Shown: positions 29,301 through 38,900 of the stretch, piece after piece
Numbering within the stretch: position 1 is the stretch's first letter
Layout of the letters: every line of letters begins with the position of its first letter
Source: Ascidiella aspersa
Taxonomy: Eukaryota
Direction of reading: 5' to 3'
Assembly: GCA_963924565.1 (NCBI GenBank)
Contig: OZ004608.1
Coordinates: forward strand, 29,574,001-29,638,000
DNA: 64,000 nt
The notes under the pieces: generated by a model
The model's database searches: none
Told to the model about the DNA's origin: nothing
Seen by the model: only the letters and a program-made list of their open reading frames with translations
Program-made: the position numbers and the translations under genes

Positions 29301-32300
29301 AGTGTACTCTACAACTGTGTCAATGTAGGCGCCAAGTTTGCAGAGTTCTTTACACTCTCAAGTGTGAGCATGGCTTGGAAGTACTTGTATTGAGAGACTT
29401 TACAGGCAATTAGAGAAAGTCAAATCAAAGCCAGCACAAGCCATAACATAATCAAGTCGGTTTTAACTTAATTAGAGAGCCTTTCAACACATGCTGTACT
29501 GGATTAAAGCTTTGTTGAATTGCCAAGCTTTGTGGATTAATCAAGAGCCGCGGGACATTGTAGTGTTGTAACTTAATCTTTTTGGTTTCAGAACAAACGG
29601 TTAGGCACAGTAGCAAAAATTTTTTCAGAAATGATTGAAAACCTGGAAAAGTTACAAAAGTACCAGGTTGCCTGATACTCTGAAGTACAAACATAACAAC
29701 GATTGAAAAAAATATGAGTATATCCCCAAAATTAGTTCCAGGTGTTGTTAACATAATGAACACTACAACTATTGGATTACCAGAGGAAACTGTTGAATTG
29801 CAATATCTGGAAGACCCAGGTACATTAACAAGTTATTCTTTTTATTTTGTTCATGTATTTATTGTGAATTCCTAGTATTAGAGCTTATTTAACAGTATTG
29901 TATCCATAAAAAGTCATGATAATGAAAAGAATCTTACTCATTTTTAAATACAATTTTCACAAAATAAAATGGTAAATATATAAAAAAAAATTTTTTTTGC
30001 AATTCTTTTAAGTGCAACTAGTAAAACCTAAAAAATGATTAATAAAATAAACATAAAAAAAAAAAAAAATTCAGTTACCACTTTAAAGCTTGAAATCTGC
30101 TCTTGTGTTCAATATCAGAAAGCAATAACATCTTAGCAAAGGTAGTGAAAGTTTCAAAATTTTTTTAAAAACCAATAGGCGACTGGAGATACCTGGGAGT
30201 TTTTGTTGGTTTTCTTGTCGTGGTTCTGGGAACAGCGGGCAACGGGGTGACAGTGTGGGCCTACACCAGAAACAAGAACCTACAGACCTCATTTAACGTT
30301 CTAATCGCCAACCTCTGCCTGGTCGAGTTGTTTTTCTCCGCCGTCGTAATCCCGTTAACATTGCCAGGATTTATCACAGGGGTAAGCAAATATTTATTTT
30401 AACTCTATTGTCTTCGACCAATAATCTGTAGAAGAGTGCAATGTTTATTAATAACTGCAAGTTTCTAAAACGTTAGGCACTAAAAAGATATGTCAAACTG
30501 TGTCAAAAACATTTTATAAAAGTTATGTCAAAACATTTATAAATGTTGAAAATCTTTTCCTATTTAGAAATGTAAATTAGTTTTCACAAAAGCAATAGGG
30601 ACAAACCAATTAGCTGTTTGTTTATGTTATGTTCAGCACTCAATCTATCCTCCTGGTTTCTGCTCGTTTGTTGGCTTCCTTTATTACACATCGCTTGCCT
30701 GTTCGCTACACAACCTGGTGGCAATTGCGGTCAACCGTTATGTCGGCATCGTCAAATCAGAAATGTGAGTATGTTTAAAGGGAAGAGCGTTCACAATGCA
30801 ATCTAGCTGGACAACACAACCTAAATTGAACACACACAGACAACTAGTTTTAAAAAGCGCCATTATCTTTTTACACCAAATTAATTTTGTATTTAAAATT
30901 ACACCCAAGGTCATAAATATAAAAAATATCCTAAAAATGGAAGGTGACTTCTGCCTATGCTTTCATGAAAATAAGGTCAAATATGACATTAATCCGTATC
31001 TACCATGTTATGTATTTTGTACATTCTTGAAAATGGTCAATAAATTGCTTTAATTAACCCAACTTTTGATAACATTTATAGACAACTAATCTAATAATTA
31101 AAAAAATTGCTATACTGACAACCATACTTCTAAAAAGTCTCAAAACAACAGGTGCAAACAAGAGAAAAACCATAACCACGCAAATCAATAAATAGTGGAG
31201 TGCTAATAGCGACATAGCAGATGCTGTTCACAACGGCAAATAACAATGTGTGCTTGTGCCACAGATACCAGCGACTGTTTAGCGGCCAAAGGTTGGCAAT
31301 ATGCATTGCAAGTATCTGGCTGACTGCCCCTCTTCTTTACCTGCCTGTCATTATTGGTAAGTCTATATCTTTGCAAAATGACATTCACGTAAATGCAGCA
31401 TTTAAATTGCTTGGTTATATGACTGGTAATGCTAAACAAGATGTTAATGCTTGTTGTGACAGGATTTTATATTCACCATTTTTTGTGTAACTTAATTTCT
31501 AAACAAGACCAACAAGAAAATGCCTTTACATGATAAACTAAACTATAAATATAGATACTGTGTTCGCAGTAGGTTAAATACATCTGTTTATTGTTTCAGG
31601 TAATGCAATTGCTTGGAGACCTGTTTCTTTACGATGCGCCATTGGAACCATAGATGTGGCAGCAAGCATTACGTAAGTCAAATTTTCTTACCCTTTAAAA
31701 AGAAACCTGCAATATTCTCGGAAGGAGAACGAGGCATAAAATACCACTCGCACTTCTTTCTTACTTGTAAACTGTTTATTAACAAATTTTGATTGCAATC
31801 AATCGTGTGCAGTTAGATTGGTGGGCCGTACATTTTGGCGAGAGAAGACACAAAATTGAGTAGTTATAATTTTCTGCCACAACATACACCACTCAGGCCT
31901 GCTTTTCTATTTGCAGATGGTACAACATGGGCCTGAACATCTGCTTCCAGGCAGTGCCGCTGCTTATCCTGATCGTTCTGTACACGTCCATCTTTCGCAA
32001 AGTGAAGCAAGTCCAGAAAAAGCTGAAGCACCACAAGCGCTCCAGCTTCAGACGTTCATCTGGGAAAAGCAAAGGTCGGACGCTTCTCTTATTGCCAGAC
32101 TGTGTCGCCTAATTATGCAGTCTAATTCAATATTCAAACTGGCTTCCAGGTTTCGAAGAGTGGGGCAATAAATAATGCAGAAAGCAAAATCCCCTCTCCC
32201 CTCTTAAACCCATGGAAATGTCTGTCGATAAAATCGTATTCATTTGCTTAAAAGAAAATCAGTGACTTCTTTTAGTGCAACGCTTCTGTCAGAATGATCA

Positions 32301-35300
32301 AAAATACCAACAAATTTGCTCTATTCTCTTTAGCATATCAGTTGGAAGGCACAGTAAAATAGGGAAAAATATTAAGCTCAAGCAAAAAATTGGTTAGCAC
32401 TGCATGAACAGTCTATATTCTATATCCTTATAGAAAAATGCTTGATATTAATTTAAACTAAATACTGGATCTAATATACTTTTTGACATCACAGTTTGAT
32501 ATACATATAATCTCCTTACAGCTGCTGTGTCAACTTCACGGATAAAGTCGACTGGCAATACAAGTGACGATACTGGGGATGAATTTAAGCCTTCCAGTCT
32601 CATCGAAGGAGTTGGACATGGCTTCAAACCAATTATAGGTAAACATCTATACTAGTAGTGTAAATCATTTGTTGAAAAAAGGAGCTTTTTCTAAATTCAC
32701 AATGTTCTAATGCAAAACTTCTTAGTAGAGCTCCTTTTAAACAATAATGAAACATGTCTAAAGGCAAAAATGCTAAATAACAAAATTAATAAAAAATATA
32801 AATATTTTACAGCTGACAAGAGCAGTAACACTGGGCCAAGCGATTCTTCGCACATCTTCCGAAAAGAGGGGGAATCATCTCCAACACGAGAACCACTGTC
32901 ACCGACGGAAGATTCAGCAAAGTCGGAGGCAAATGGATACAGCACCGCGGCAACTGCATCTGACGATGAGGACAAGCCAAAACCGCCTCCTGTCATTAAG
33001 AAGAGAAACAGTCTGTGGCAGATTCTGTTACGAAACAGCAAGATTACAACATCAGGGGTGGATAGTATTGCCGAGGACAAGCCATCTGCAACTGTCAGTC
33101 AAAGTTCCGACAACAATTTGACTGAAGACGATGCTGGAAGCACTTCCAAGCTGGCGACCGAAAATGACAGCACTGCCAACTTACCTAAGCTGGAAATTGA
33201 ACATCGGGAAAACCAGTTGGAATTGCCGGACATACGACGCAAGAAATCGCTGAGCGCACCAACTTTGCCGAACATTGATTTCACGAATCCAAACAATTTC
33301 AAAAACACGCTCACCCTGCCACAAGAAAGCACTGTGTTTCTTTCGGAGAACGAAAAATCAGAGCTCGAAACTCTGAGCGGCGAAAACAAAATGTTCAGGG
33401 CCAGATCTGCTTACTATAAACGTAGTACTGGAATACACAATTCGTCGAGCCACAATGACATTAGTCCCCTTAAAACCGCAACATCGTGGTCGGTACGACT
33501 GGATCCCAGAAAAAGGGCATGGTCAAACAGCATTACACACCGACATGACAGTGATGGGGAATCGACCCAAAGGACAAGGGTTGGAACGATTGCAAGGAAG
33601 ATTCAGGATCGCAAACATAAGGCTACGAGAAAGGAAAGAAAAAGACAACAAAGGTACTTAAGGCAGCACAATAATAGGAATGATACTATTCTTGTTACAT
33701 ACAGCCTACTATTTTTTATTTTTTAAATGAGGGTGTCTAAAAGTTTTTTTAGAATATTTTGAAATATCAGTTATTTTGGAACTGTAGAGTTAACAATAGA
33801 GATAGACCCATATATTGGTTTACCGATAATATTGGCCGATATTGCATTTTTACTGATATATCTGGATCGGTAAATTTGAGCTGATATTTTGTTATTAAAA
33901 TATGGTCTAGCTTTTCCTGAAAAACAAACTAATTGCCCCCACAAAAAATTCAGCACCATGCAATGTTAATATGCAAAATAAGGGAAAATAAATACAGGAA
34001 TGCTAGATAAACTGAAATGCTATTTGGATTTTAATTTTTATTAATTTAATTTGTTACCATATCCCAGGTATATATATACAAAATCGGTATCGGAAAGGTT
34101 TGACAAAAACATAAAATATCGGTTCTCAGTATCAGTCCTGAAAAAGTGATATTGGTCAATCTCTAGTGAACAAAAACAATGATTCAAAACCGTTGTATGA
34201 CTGACTGTTAAGTGACACAATGCTTCCTTGTCCCCAAGTGACCCTTGCCATAACTGACATCTGGCTGGATTTAATTTATTACTTCCCTAAACAGGCAACG
34301 CATGCTGCGCAAGAAGCACGCTCGTGAGCGACAGCTAGTGTACAGCAGCCTCACCATTTGTGTTGCCTATGCACTGTGTATTCTACCCATTGCACTGCTA
34401 TACTTAATTCAGGTAATTAGTTTGTAAAGTATGCATGCGAATTGAGTATGCATCACATATCTATTTATTAGGTTCCAATAATTTCACGCTTTGTTACTCT
34501 CAAGTAATTTTTTTAATATAACCTCTAAAAACCACAGATAAAGATAACAGATAGGCAACAACATACAGCAAGGGTTCCCAAATTTTTTTAGCTTGTGGCA
34601 CAAAAAAACATCTTAAATATTTCGCGGCACACTTTTAACAGAACAACAATAGAGTAATTTCACAATCGCTCTTAACACACAACAAACTGTACATAATGTC
34701 TTAATATTACTTATTTGTAATGGATAGTGCATAGTCAAGTTCAAAATACTTGTGTGCAAACCTGTTGGCAACACAAATGTAAACCTTAATTTCAATAATT
34801 GCAAAAAGTTTCAGTGTGCCGCGGCACACAGTTTGGGAATCACTGATGTACAGTAAAAAATAGACCAAAATTAGGTATAAATGTAGCTGCAATGCGCAAA
34901 CAATCAAAAACACTTCAACACTCAATATCAAGCCAAGCCAGTACCACACTTTAAATGCATTTTTTATCTGCAGGTTTTGTTTGAAATTGAAGTGGCCGCC
35001 AGTGTGGGTTTAGTGATCACCTGCATAGCCTGGCTCCACGCCGTCATCAACCCACTAATCTACGGCTATCTAAACTCACAGTACAGAAGAGAGTATGGCC
35101 GCATATTCAGGTGCATGAAACAGAGACTGTTTAAGGGGAAAAACGCCAAATGCGACATGCGAAAATGAAGGCAAATGAATACATAAAAGCCAAAATCGCC
35201 TGCACATTGGCAGTTCTAAAAGAGGCAAGGTTTATTCAAGAGTTTGGTGTGAGCGCAAAGCAAAACTTCAACGGTGATGGAAACCATGTAATGTTTGGTC

Positions 35301-35965
35301 AACACAATCAAGAGAAGGAATTTGTTATAAACACAAGTAAAACAAGATATGTCCCAAAAATAAATTTTCGGCCCATATAATTCCACTGTTATTTGTGTCA
35401 TTGTATCAGCCATGCCCATTTGCACCCAAAATTGTTTCTTCAGTATATAAACAAAATGCTAAGCCAATTCCTAATATTATCACATCAGCAGTAAAATAGA
35501 ATGTGTTTGTATTTGTAGATTTTTCGCCAGGCATAAGAGTGACCCTTTTTTATATTTTGTTACACTTTGAATTGCCTATTTTTACTTGCAACAAATAAAA
35601 AACGTTTTTTTCTAAAGTAGATTTTTTTTCTTTAATCAGAAGATAGAGCCTGACAAAGTATGCTGAAAGGTGATGCAATTTTTTAATGATTAAATTTACA
35701 CTTAGCAAAAAACAAACTAACATCAAAAAACTATTCCATTCCACAACATTTATAAATACATGGGAGACAGATCGAGAATTGCAAGCCAAACGTCAATGTG
35801 ACCTATGAAGATTTGAGAACACAACAAGAAACAATCCAGTATACAACATTTATAGCATCCAACAAAAACCTGAATGTTTTCTACGGAGAGCGTTTTTCTG
35901 CCAGATTTCTGTTTGTGATGAAGTGGCCCAACATCAACCCTTTCTCCTCCATTTTGATCAGCCAT
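2181..35965 (-). CDS. ERC1: ELKS/ERC/CAST family active-zone coiled-coil protein (ERC1/2-like), 11 coding exons, 3'-partial (continues beyond left edge)
   Basis: Exons (minus): 35965-35870, 28315-28188, 27070-26877, 26279-26194, 24218-24075, 17678-17539, 12685-12531, 9317-9172, 5263-5186, 4561-4406, 2348-2181. All are GT-AG and join in frame (1491 nt, 497 codons). Recognisable ERC motifs: KTLSVENIQ|SLNAAY, IKTFWSPELKKER, TMQALQDELRAQRDLNQL, RDESMRKLLEMLQ, HIDVLKESLNAKEQRAAILQ. Probably the single pro-orthologue of vertebrate ERC1 and ERC2. Confidence 0.93.
4406..4561 (-). CDS. ERC1: ELKS/ERC coding exon 10
   Basis: cag|DTKIGSLERIIHELQDELNVIRSDGAITSAERQEELKQLDVYKNHSNYMKSK|gtattg. Confidence 0.92.
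4792..5066. mobile_element. Degenerate hAT (Charlie-like) MITE
   Basis: Right end GGTTCCCGGCCCCTG, left end CAG...; TSD CTATAGGT vs CTATATGT (7/8). Similar ends occur at 1-46, ~796, ~8039 and ~51934. Confidence 0.5.
5186..5263 (-). CDS. ERC1: ELKS/ERC coding exon 9
   Basis: aag|DMQNASQGFEDPTRNSSFQQSVIDLK|gtatac. Matches the position of QTVIEMK in ERC1. The acceptor could alternatively be 9 nt downstream. Confidence 0.75.
8186..8662. repeat. ~210-bp tandem duplication (~2.3 copies)
   Basis: Repeated blocks GAATTTTTCCTAAGCTTAAAGTGAAC, GGAGCATTATGGCTAGG and TCAATAAATCTAACC. Confidence 0.85.
9172..9317 (-). CDS. ERC1: ELKS/ERC coding exon 8
   Basis: cag|SARPDDPDVDSAVELDALRVQVADCESRLAHADLVLNEKNRELQKYKQ|gtaagc. 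Confidence 0.88.
12531..12685 (-). CDS. ERC1: ELKS/ERC coding exon 7
   Basis: tag|MFQEDNERLLRENGLLQRTMEEMETRIEAQRQTLDTRDESMRKLLEMLQCK(G)|gtgagt. Confidence 0.92.
13841..13905 (-). mobile_element. Degenerate tRNA-like SINE fragment
   Basis: Minus strand ...GTTAAGCG...GAGGCTGGAAGTTCGATTCTCACCGCAGGC with a B-box-like GTTCGATT. Confidence 0.35.
16456..16528 (-). mobile_element. tRNA-derived SINE head / tRNA pseudogene (Thr-GGT-like loop)
   Basis: Minus strand GCCTGCGTAGCTCATTCGGTCGAGTAACGGTACCGGTATGGCCGAGGTCGTGAGTTCGAACCTCACCACTGGC. It has an A box, a B box, a perfect T stem and a D stem. It also has two mismatches in the acceptor stem, one in the anticodon stem, and C instead of U at position 33. 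Confidence 0.7.
17539..17678 (-). CDS. ERC1: ELKS/ERC coding exon 6
   Basis: cag|HSQLTMQALQDELRAQRDLNQLLQDDYASSGHRSESGLYSGIGDDS(R)|gtttgt. Confidence 0.9.
24075..24218 (-). CDS. ERC1: ELKS/ERC coding exon 5
   Basis: cag|ESKLQSNMNTIKTFWSPELKKERSLRKEESIRIIALREQLKVAQEENQ|gtgggt. Confidence 0.93.
24426..24654. mobile_element. Palindromic MITE, family A, copy 1
   Basis: 38-bp inverted arms GATAATAAAATGCAAAGCCAAAAAGGTCGAGTAGATCG (3 mismatches). The same family occurs at ~62514-62661, with a fragment at ~12845-12900. Confidence 0.75.
26194..26279 (-). CDS. ERC1: ELKS/ERC coding exon 4
   Basis: cag|ERKRASGGDFILQLQQENEALRREIDLK|gtgagt. Confidence 0.85.
26877..27070 (-). CDS. ERC1: ELKS/ERC coding exon 3 (Ser/Thr-rich)
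   Basis: tag|GRISVMASTPNLSAG...NTLQINGT|gttgct, phase 2 to 1. Confidence 0.8.
28188..28315 (-). CDS. ERC1: ELKS/ERC coding exon 2
   Basis: cag|SLNAAYTNSSSYSSNYKSKGGSNTLGRLNSLSAYRSSSPGRH(R)|gttagt, phase 0 to 2. Confidence 0.85.
29756..29819 (+). CDS. Nested GPCR exon 1 (N-terminus)
   Basis: MNTTTIGLPEETVELQYLEDP(G)|gtacat; phase 1 matches exon 2. Confidence 0.7.
29756..35168 (+). CDS. Class-A (rhodopsin-like) GPCR, GPR84/Tre1/Moody-like, ~662 aa, 10 exons, nested antisense in an ELKS intron
   Basis: Exons: 29756-29819 (alternative in-frame ATG at 29714), 30179-30381, 30637-30764, 31265-31356, 31600-31672, 31917-32074, 32522-32638, 32813-33653, 34295-34412, 34974-35168(TGA). All GT-AG and in frame. 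Seven TM segments with GN (TM1), FNVLIANLCLVE (TM2), C3.25 and AVNRY (TM3), W (TM4), ECL2 Cys, P..Y (TM5), YALCILP (TM6), AWLHAVINPLIY..N.QYRREY (TM7/H8), plus an N-terminal NTT sequon. The subfamily call rests on remembered similarity to GPR84/Tre1. Confidence 0.88.
30179..30381 (+). CDS. Nested GPCR exon 2 (TM1-TM2)
   Basis: tag|DWRYLGVFVGFLVVVLGTAGNGVTVWAYTRNKNLQTSFNVLIANLCLVELFFSAVVIPLTLPGFITG|gtaagc. Confidence 0.9.
30637..30764 (+). CDS. Nested GPCR exon 3 (TM3, NRY)
   Basis: cag|HSIYPPGFCSFVGFLYYTSLACSLHNLVAIAVNRYVGIVKSE|gtgagt. Confidence 0.9.
31265..31356 (+). CDS. Nested GPCR exon 4 (TM4)
   Basis: cag|YQRLFSGQRLAICIASIWLTAPLLYLPVII|gtaagt. Confidence 0.9.
31600..31672 (+). CDS. 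Nested GPCR exon 5 (ECL2)
   Basis: cag|NAIAWRPVSLRCAIGTIDVAASI|gtaagt. Confidence 0.85.
31917..32074 (+). CDS. Nested GPCR exon 6 (TM5)
   Basis: cag|WYNMGLNICFQAVPLLILIVLYTSIFRKVKQVQKKLKHHKRSSFRRSSGKSK|gtcgga. Confidence 0.88.
32522..32638 (+). CDS. Nested GPCR exon 7 (ICL3; symmetric phase 1-1)
   Basis: cag|AVSTSRIKSTGNTSDDTGDEFKPSSLIEGVGHGFKPII|gtaaac; 117 nt, open. Confidence 0.75.
32813..33653 (+). CDS. Nested GPCR exon 8 (large ICL3 exon)
   Basis: 841-nt open exon within ORF 32710-33726: cag|DKSSNTG...RKERKRQQ|gtactt. Confidence 0.85.
33797..34165. mobile_element. Non-autonomous hAT-type element with ATCGGT-like subterminal repeats
   Basis: TIRs TAGAGATAGACC / GGTCAATCTCTA; 8-bp TSD GTTAACAA vs GTGAACAA. 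Related sequence lies at ~36376-36530 and ~43561-43960. Confidence 0.65.
34295..34412 (+). CDS. Nested GPCR exon 9 (TM6)
   Basis: cag|QRMLRKKHARERQLVYSSLTICVAYALCILPIALLYLIQ|gtaatt. Confidence 0.9.
34569..34845. mobile_element. Non-autonomous hAT (Charlie-like) MITE in the last GPCR intron
   Basis: TIRs CAAGGGTTCCCAAA / TTTGGGAATCACTG; 8-bp TSD ACATACAG vs ATGTACAG. Confidence 0.7.
34974..35168 (+). CDS. Nested GPCR exon 10 (TM7, helix 8, stop)
   Basis: cag|VLFEIEVAASVGLVITCIAWLHAVINPLIYGYLNSQYRREYGRIFRC...K*. Confidence 0.9.
   Translation, partial: VLFEIEVAASVGLVITCIAWLHAVINPLIYGYLNSQYRREYGRIFRCMKQRLFKGKNAKCDMRK
35870..35965 (-). CDS. ERC1: ELKS/ERC first recognisable coding exon
   Basis: MADQNGGERVDVGPLHHKQKSGRKTLSVENIQ|gt. 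An upstream coding exon cannot be excluded. Confidence 0.8.
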
Positions 35966-38900
35966 AAGATAAAATATGTTGGTTGTATATCCTACTGCAT
36001 ATATGCCACAGGGAAAAGATCTTTACTTTAGTCGATTTTCATATTGTATAACCGCCAAGAACAAACAGCCTTAATAAATGCAAAAGACTGCATTTATAGT
36101 TTTATAGTAAACTATTAACTCGGATATAAGGAAAGATGTATATTAAATTAAGACAAATTTCATGTATAGGTAGACAGCAGCAGACCAATTAAAATTCCAC
36201 ATAAATTAAATGCTGGCATAGCTCAGTAGCTGACAGCCTGAAGCTATGAAGCGTAAACAATTGTCTACTGTGTGTTTGCAAACCTCACTGATAAATTTAC
36301 CTAGTAGTAACATATGAAGATTAACTATATTTTAAAATAGACTTCTTCAAGTTTTTTTTTTAATTTGCCAACTCGACTACAGATAAACCGATATATCAGT
36401 ATCAGTACAAATTGGCCAATATTTCTGCCGATATTTTCAGCAAAAAAAAAAAAACATTTTCGTTTAGCTGCATGCCAAGTTAATATGCAACATAAGATTT
36501 GAATAAAAAATCGGCTAGCGGTATCAAATCAACTGAATCTAACCAAAACAAAACAATCAAAAGTACAGGATTGAAATACTATTTTTCTAATTTTACTTAA
36601 GATTTATGATTAATATAAGTCTGCTTAAAATGAAGTTTGCTTAAAATATCTGCTCTATTTCTTAAAATAAGTTAATTCATGTGGGACACTAAAGTGGTAA
36701 ATATTCTCTGTGATATGGTATGGCAGTGACACATAAATATATTAAACCGTATTATTATTAAAACATTTTGATTTATGAAAAAACACAACATAAAAAATAA
36801 ATGATCTTACTGTATATTAACTGGCTGCAGTCAGTCAAATGAAGGGAGCATTTTTTATTGCATATAAAATAATTAAAATTGTTTTAATAGCAAGGATGAC
36901 ATAATTCCAAAGTCTTGTTTATTGCAAACAGAGAAGTTATTTTTCTACTGTATCATGCATCATGCAACAATTTCTGTAAAACAAATTCAAAATAATTAAT
37001 ATTTGTATTTATAAAGTAAAAACAAATTTAGTTCAAATTCCTTACAGAAGTAGACAGCATTTTAAACGTTTTGAATATACCTTTAATAATTTTCAACAGC
37101 GTGATGATATTCGAAACGTTTAAAATGCTACCTTCTTCTAAATGAGCTTGCTCCAAAATTTTTAGAAATGGCTATGCTCCAAAATTTAGTTCACTCTTTT
37201 ACTAAATGCTTTGTCTTATACCAATCATAAGGCAAAATGGCATATAAAAAAATTGTAACTTTAACAAAATTGAATTAGGTCTTTGTATGTTGCCGAAACC
37301 AACCAAGGTTTACTGGTAAAGAAACTTTTAAACTCGTCAATATTATTTGCAATACAAGTAACAAAAAATATATTACTTTGCGTTAAAATTGCATTCAAAA
37401 CATGCAAACAGAACAGCAAATTAACAAAATGAACAGTGTAAAAGTTATATATTTATTGTAAACAAAGTAACTCATCATTGTTTTACTTGAAAAATTCACA
37501 GAACTGGAAATAAATTAACATGCTTTATATGCAACTTTATAAAATAAAGATACTATTGTAATACAACCAGTTAAATATCATTTACATATTCTGACTTTCT
37601 TACTTTTAATTACCAAATGTGGAAATATGCGTGTTGGTATGAGGCACTATTCTTTAATATATGGCAACAACAACACAGTTATTTGTATAAAATGCATTTA
37701 TCGAACAAGTAGAAACTTTAAAAATATTCTTTAAAATAAAGCAAATTTAAAAAAATACACTTTTTACAATTTTCCATGTGATTAAAACAAAATTAAACCC
37801 TCTGCCTAAAAAACAAATCCAAAAGCTATCTTACAGGTTTTATTGACAATATGTTGCGGAAAAATCAATCATGTTTATATGAATCTATTACTTCTTCACC
37901 ATTTTTTTTATTTTTAAATGTTAAAACTAACTTTAAAAAGTAAGAGACTTTAATTTGGCTGCAGCACGTTGTGCTGAAGTGCAAAGATTTTATCATAGTT
38001 TAGTGAAAGTTTATATATTACAAGGTAGTTCTATGAAGTACTTAATTATAATTGGGCAGATTTTTCACCATATATTGTACAAAAAACACTGAAAAACAAA
38101 AGTAATACACTGAAAAAAAATATATTCGATGGATTGTTCAGCTAATGCTTAAGTTCGCTGGGAGTGATTTAAAAAAAACAAATGACAACTTGGTTGATAT
38201 TAAATTTATTTTAAAAGTATAATTAATCATCGAAAACTCGAAAACTCCAAGTTACATAAAAAAGCTACAACCATTGTTCAGCATTATTGACCTTTAAACC
38301 TTTACTTATTTTTTGTAAAGATAAACTATAATTTTAGAAAAAAATAAATCACCGCTTACCACATTAAGTATACCAAACCTAAATTTTATTTTGAAAGATA
38401 AACCATTAGCGGTAACTTATAAAAAAAAATATGTTTTTCAACAAAAACAAACCCTGATATTACAAAACAGCAACGTTTTTGTTGAATTCGAATGCACGTT
38501 TTACTAGAAATTACACGGCCATTAAAACAAAAAATCTTCAAAGAGGAATTTATTTTGAGGCGTAAATCTCATAAAAGACTCATAAATCTATTATTTTCGC
38601 ACAACCTCCTGAAGTAGTGTATTCGCCTTTTAACTAAAATGGTGAATTCGTGCTTGGGATGCGTACACCGTAATTTTTGAAGAACACCCTAATTTCCGGG
38701 GTCGAAACACAGAGGGCACTTTGTTATGCCCGAACCTTACTGGCAAGAAGTTTGTCGCACCAGGACCAGTAAAATGTTTCTTAAGTAGAGCAAACAAGGC
38801 ACTGAATATACTTTTGTAAATTACGAAAAGTTTGTTTTGTACCTACAGCTTACCATAAAAGGGAATGTAACTTTTAGCTATTAATGCAGCCTGTATTTCC

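Noticed and set aside
32710-33726. 338-aa ORF as a stand-alone gene
   Set aside because: Its core is GPCR exon 8 with proper splice sites; the ends are AT-rich intron read-through.
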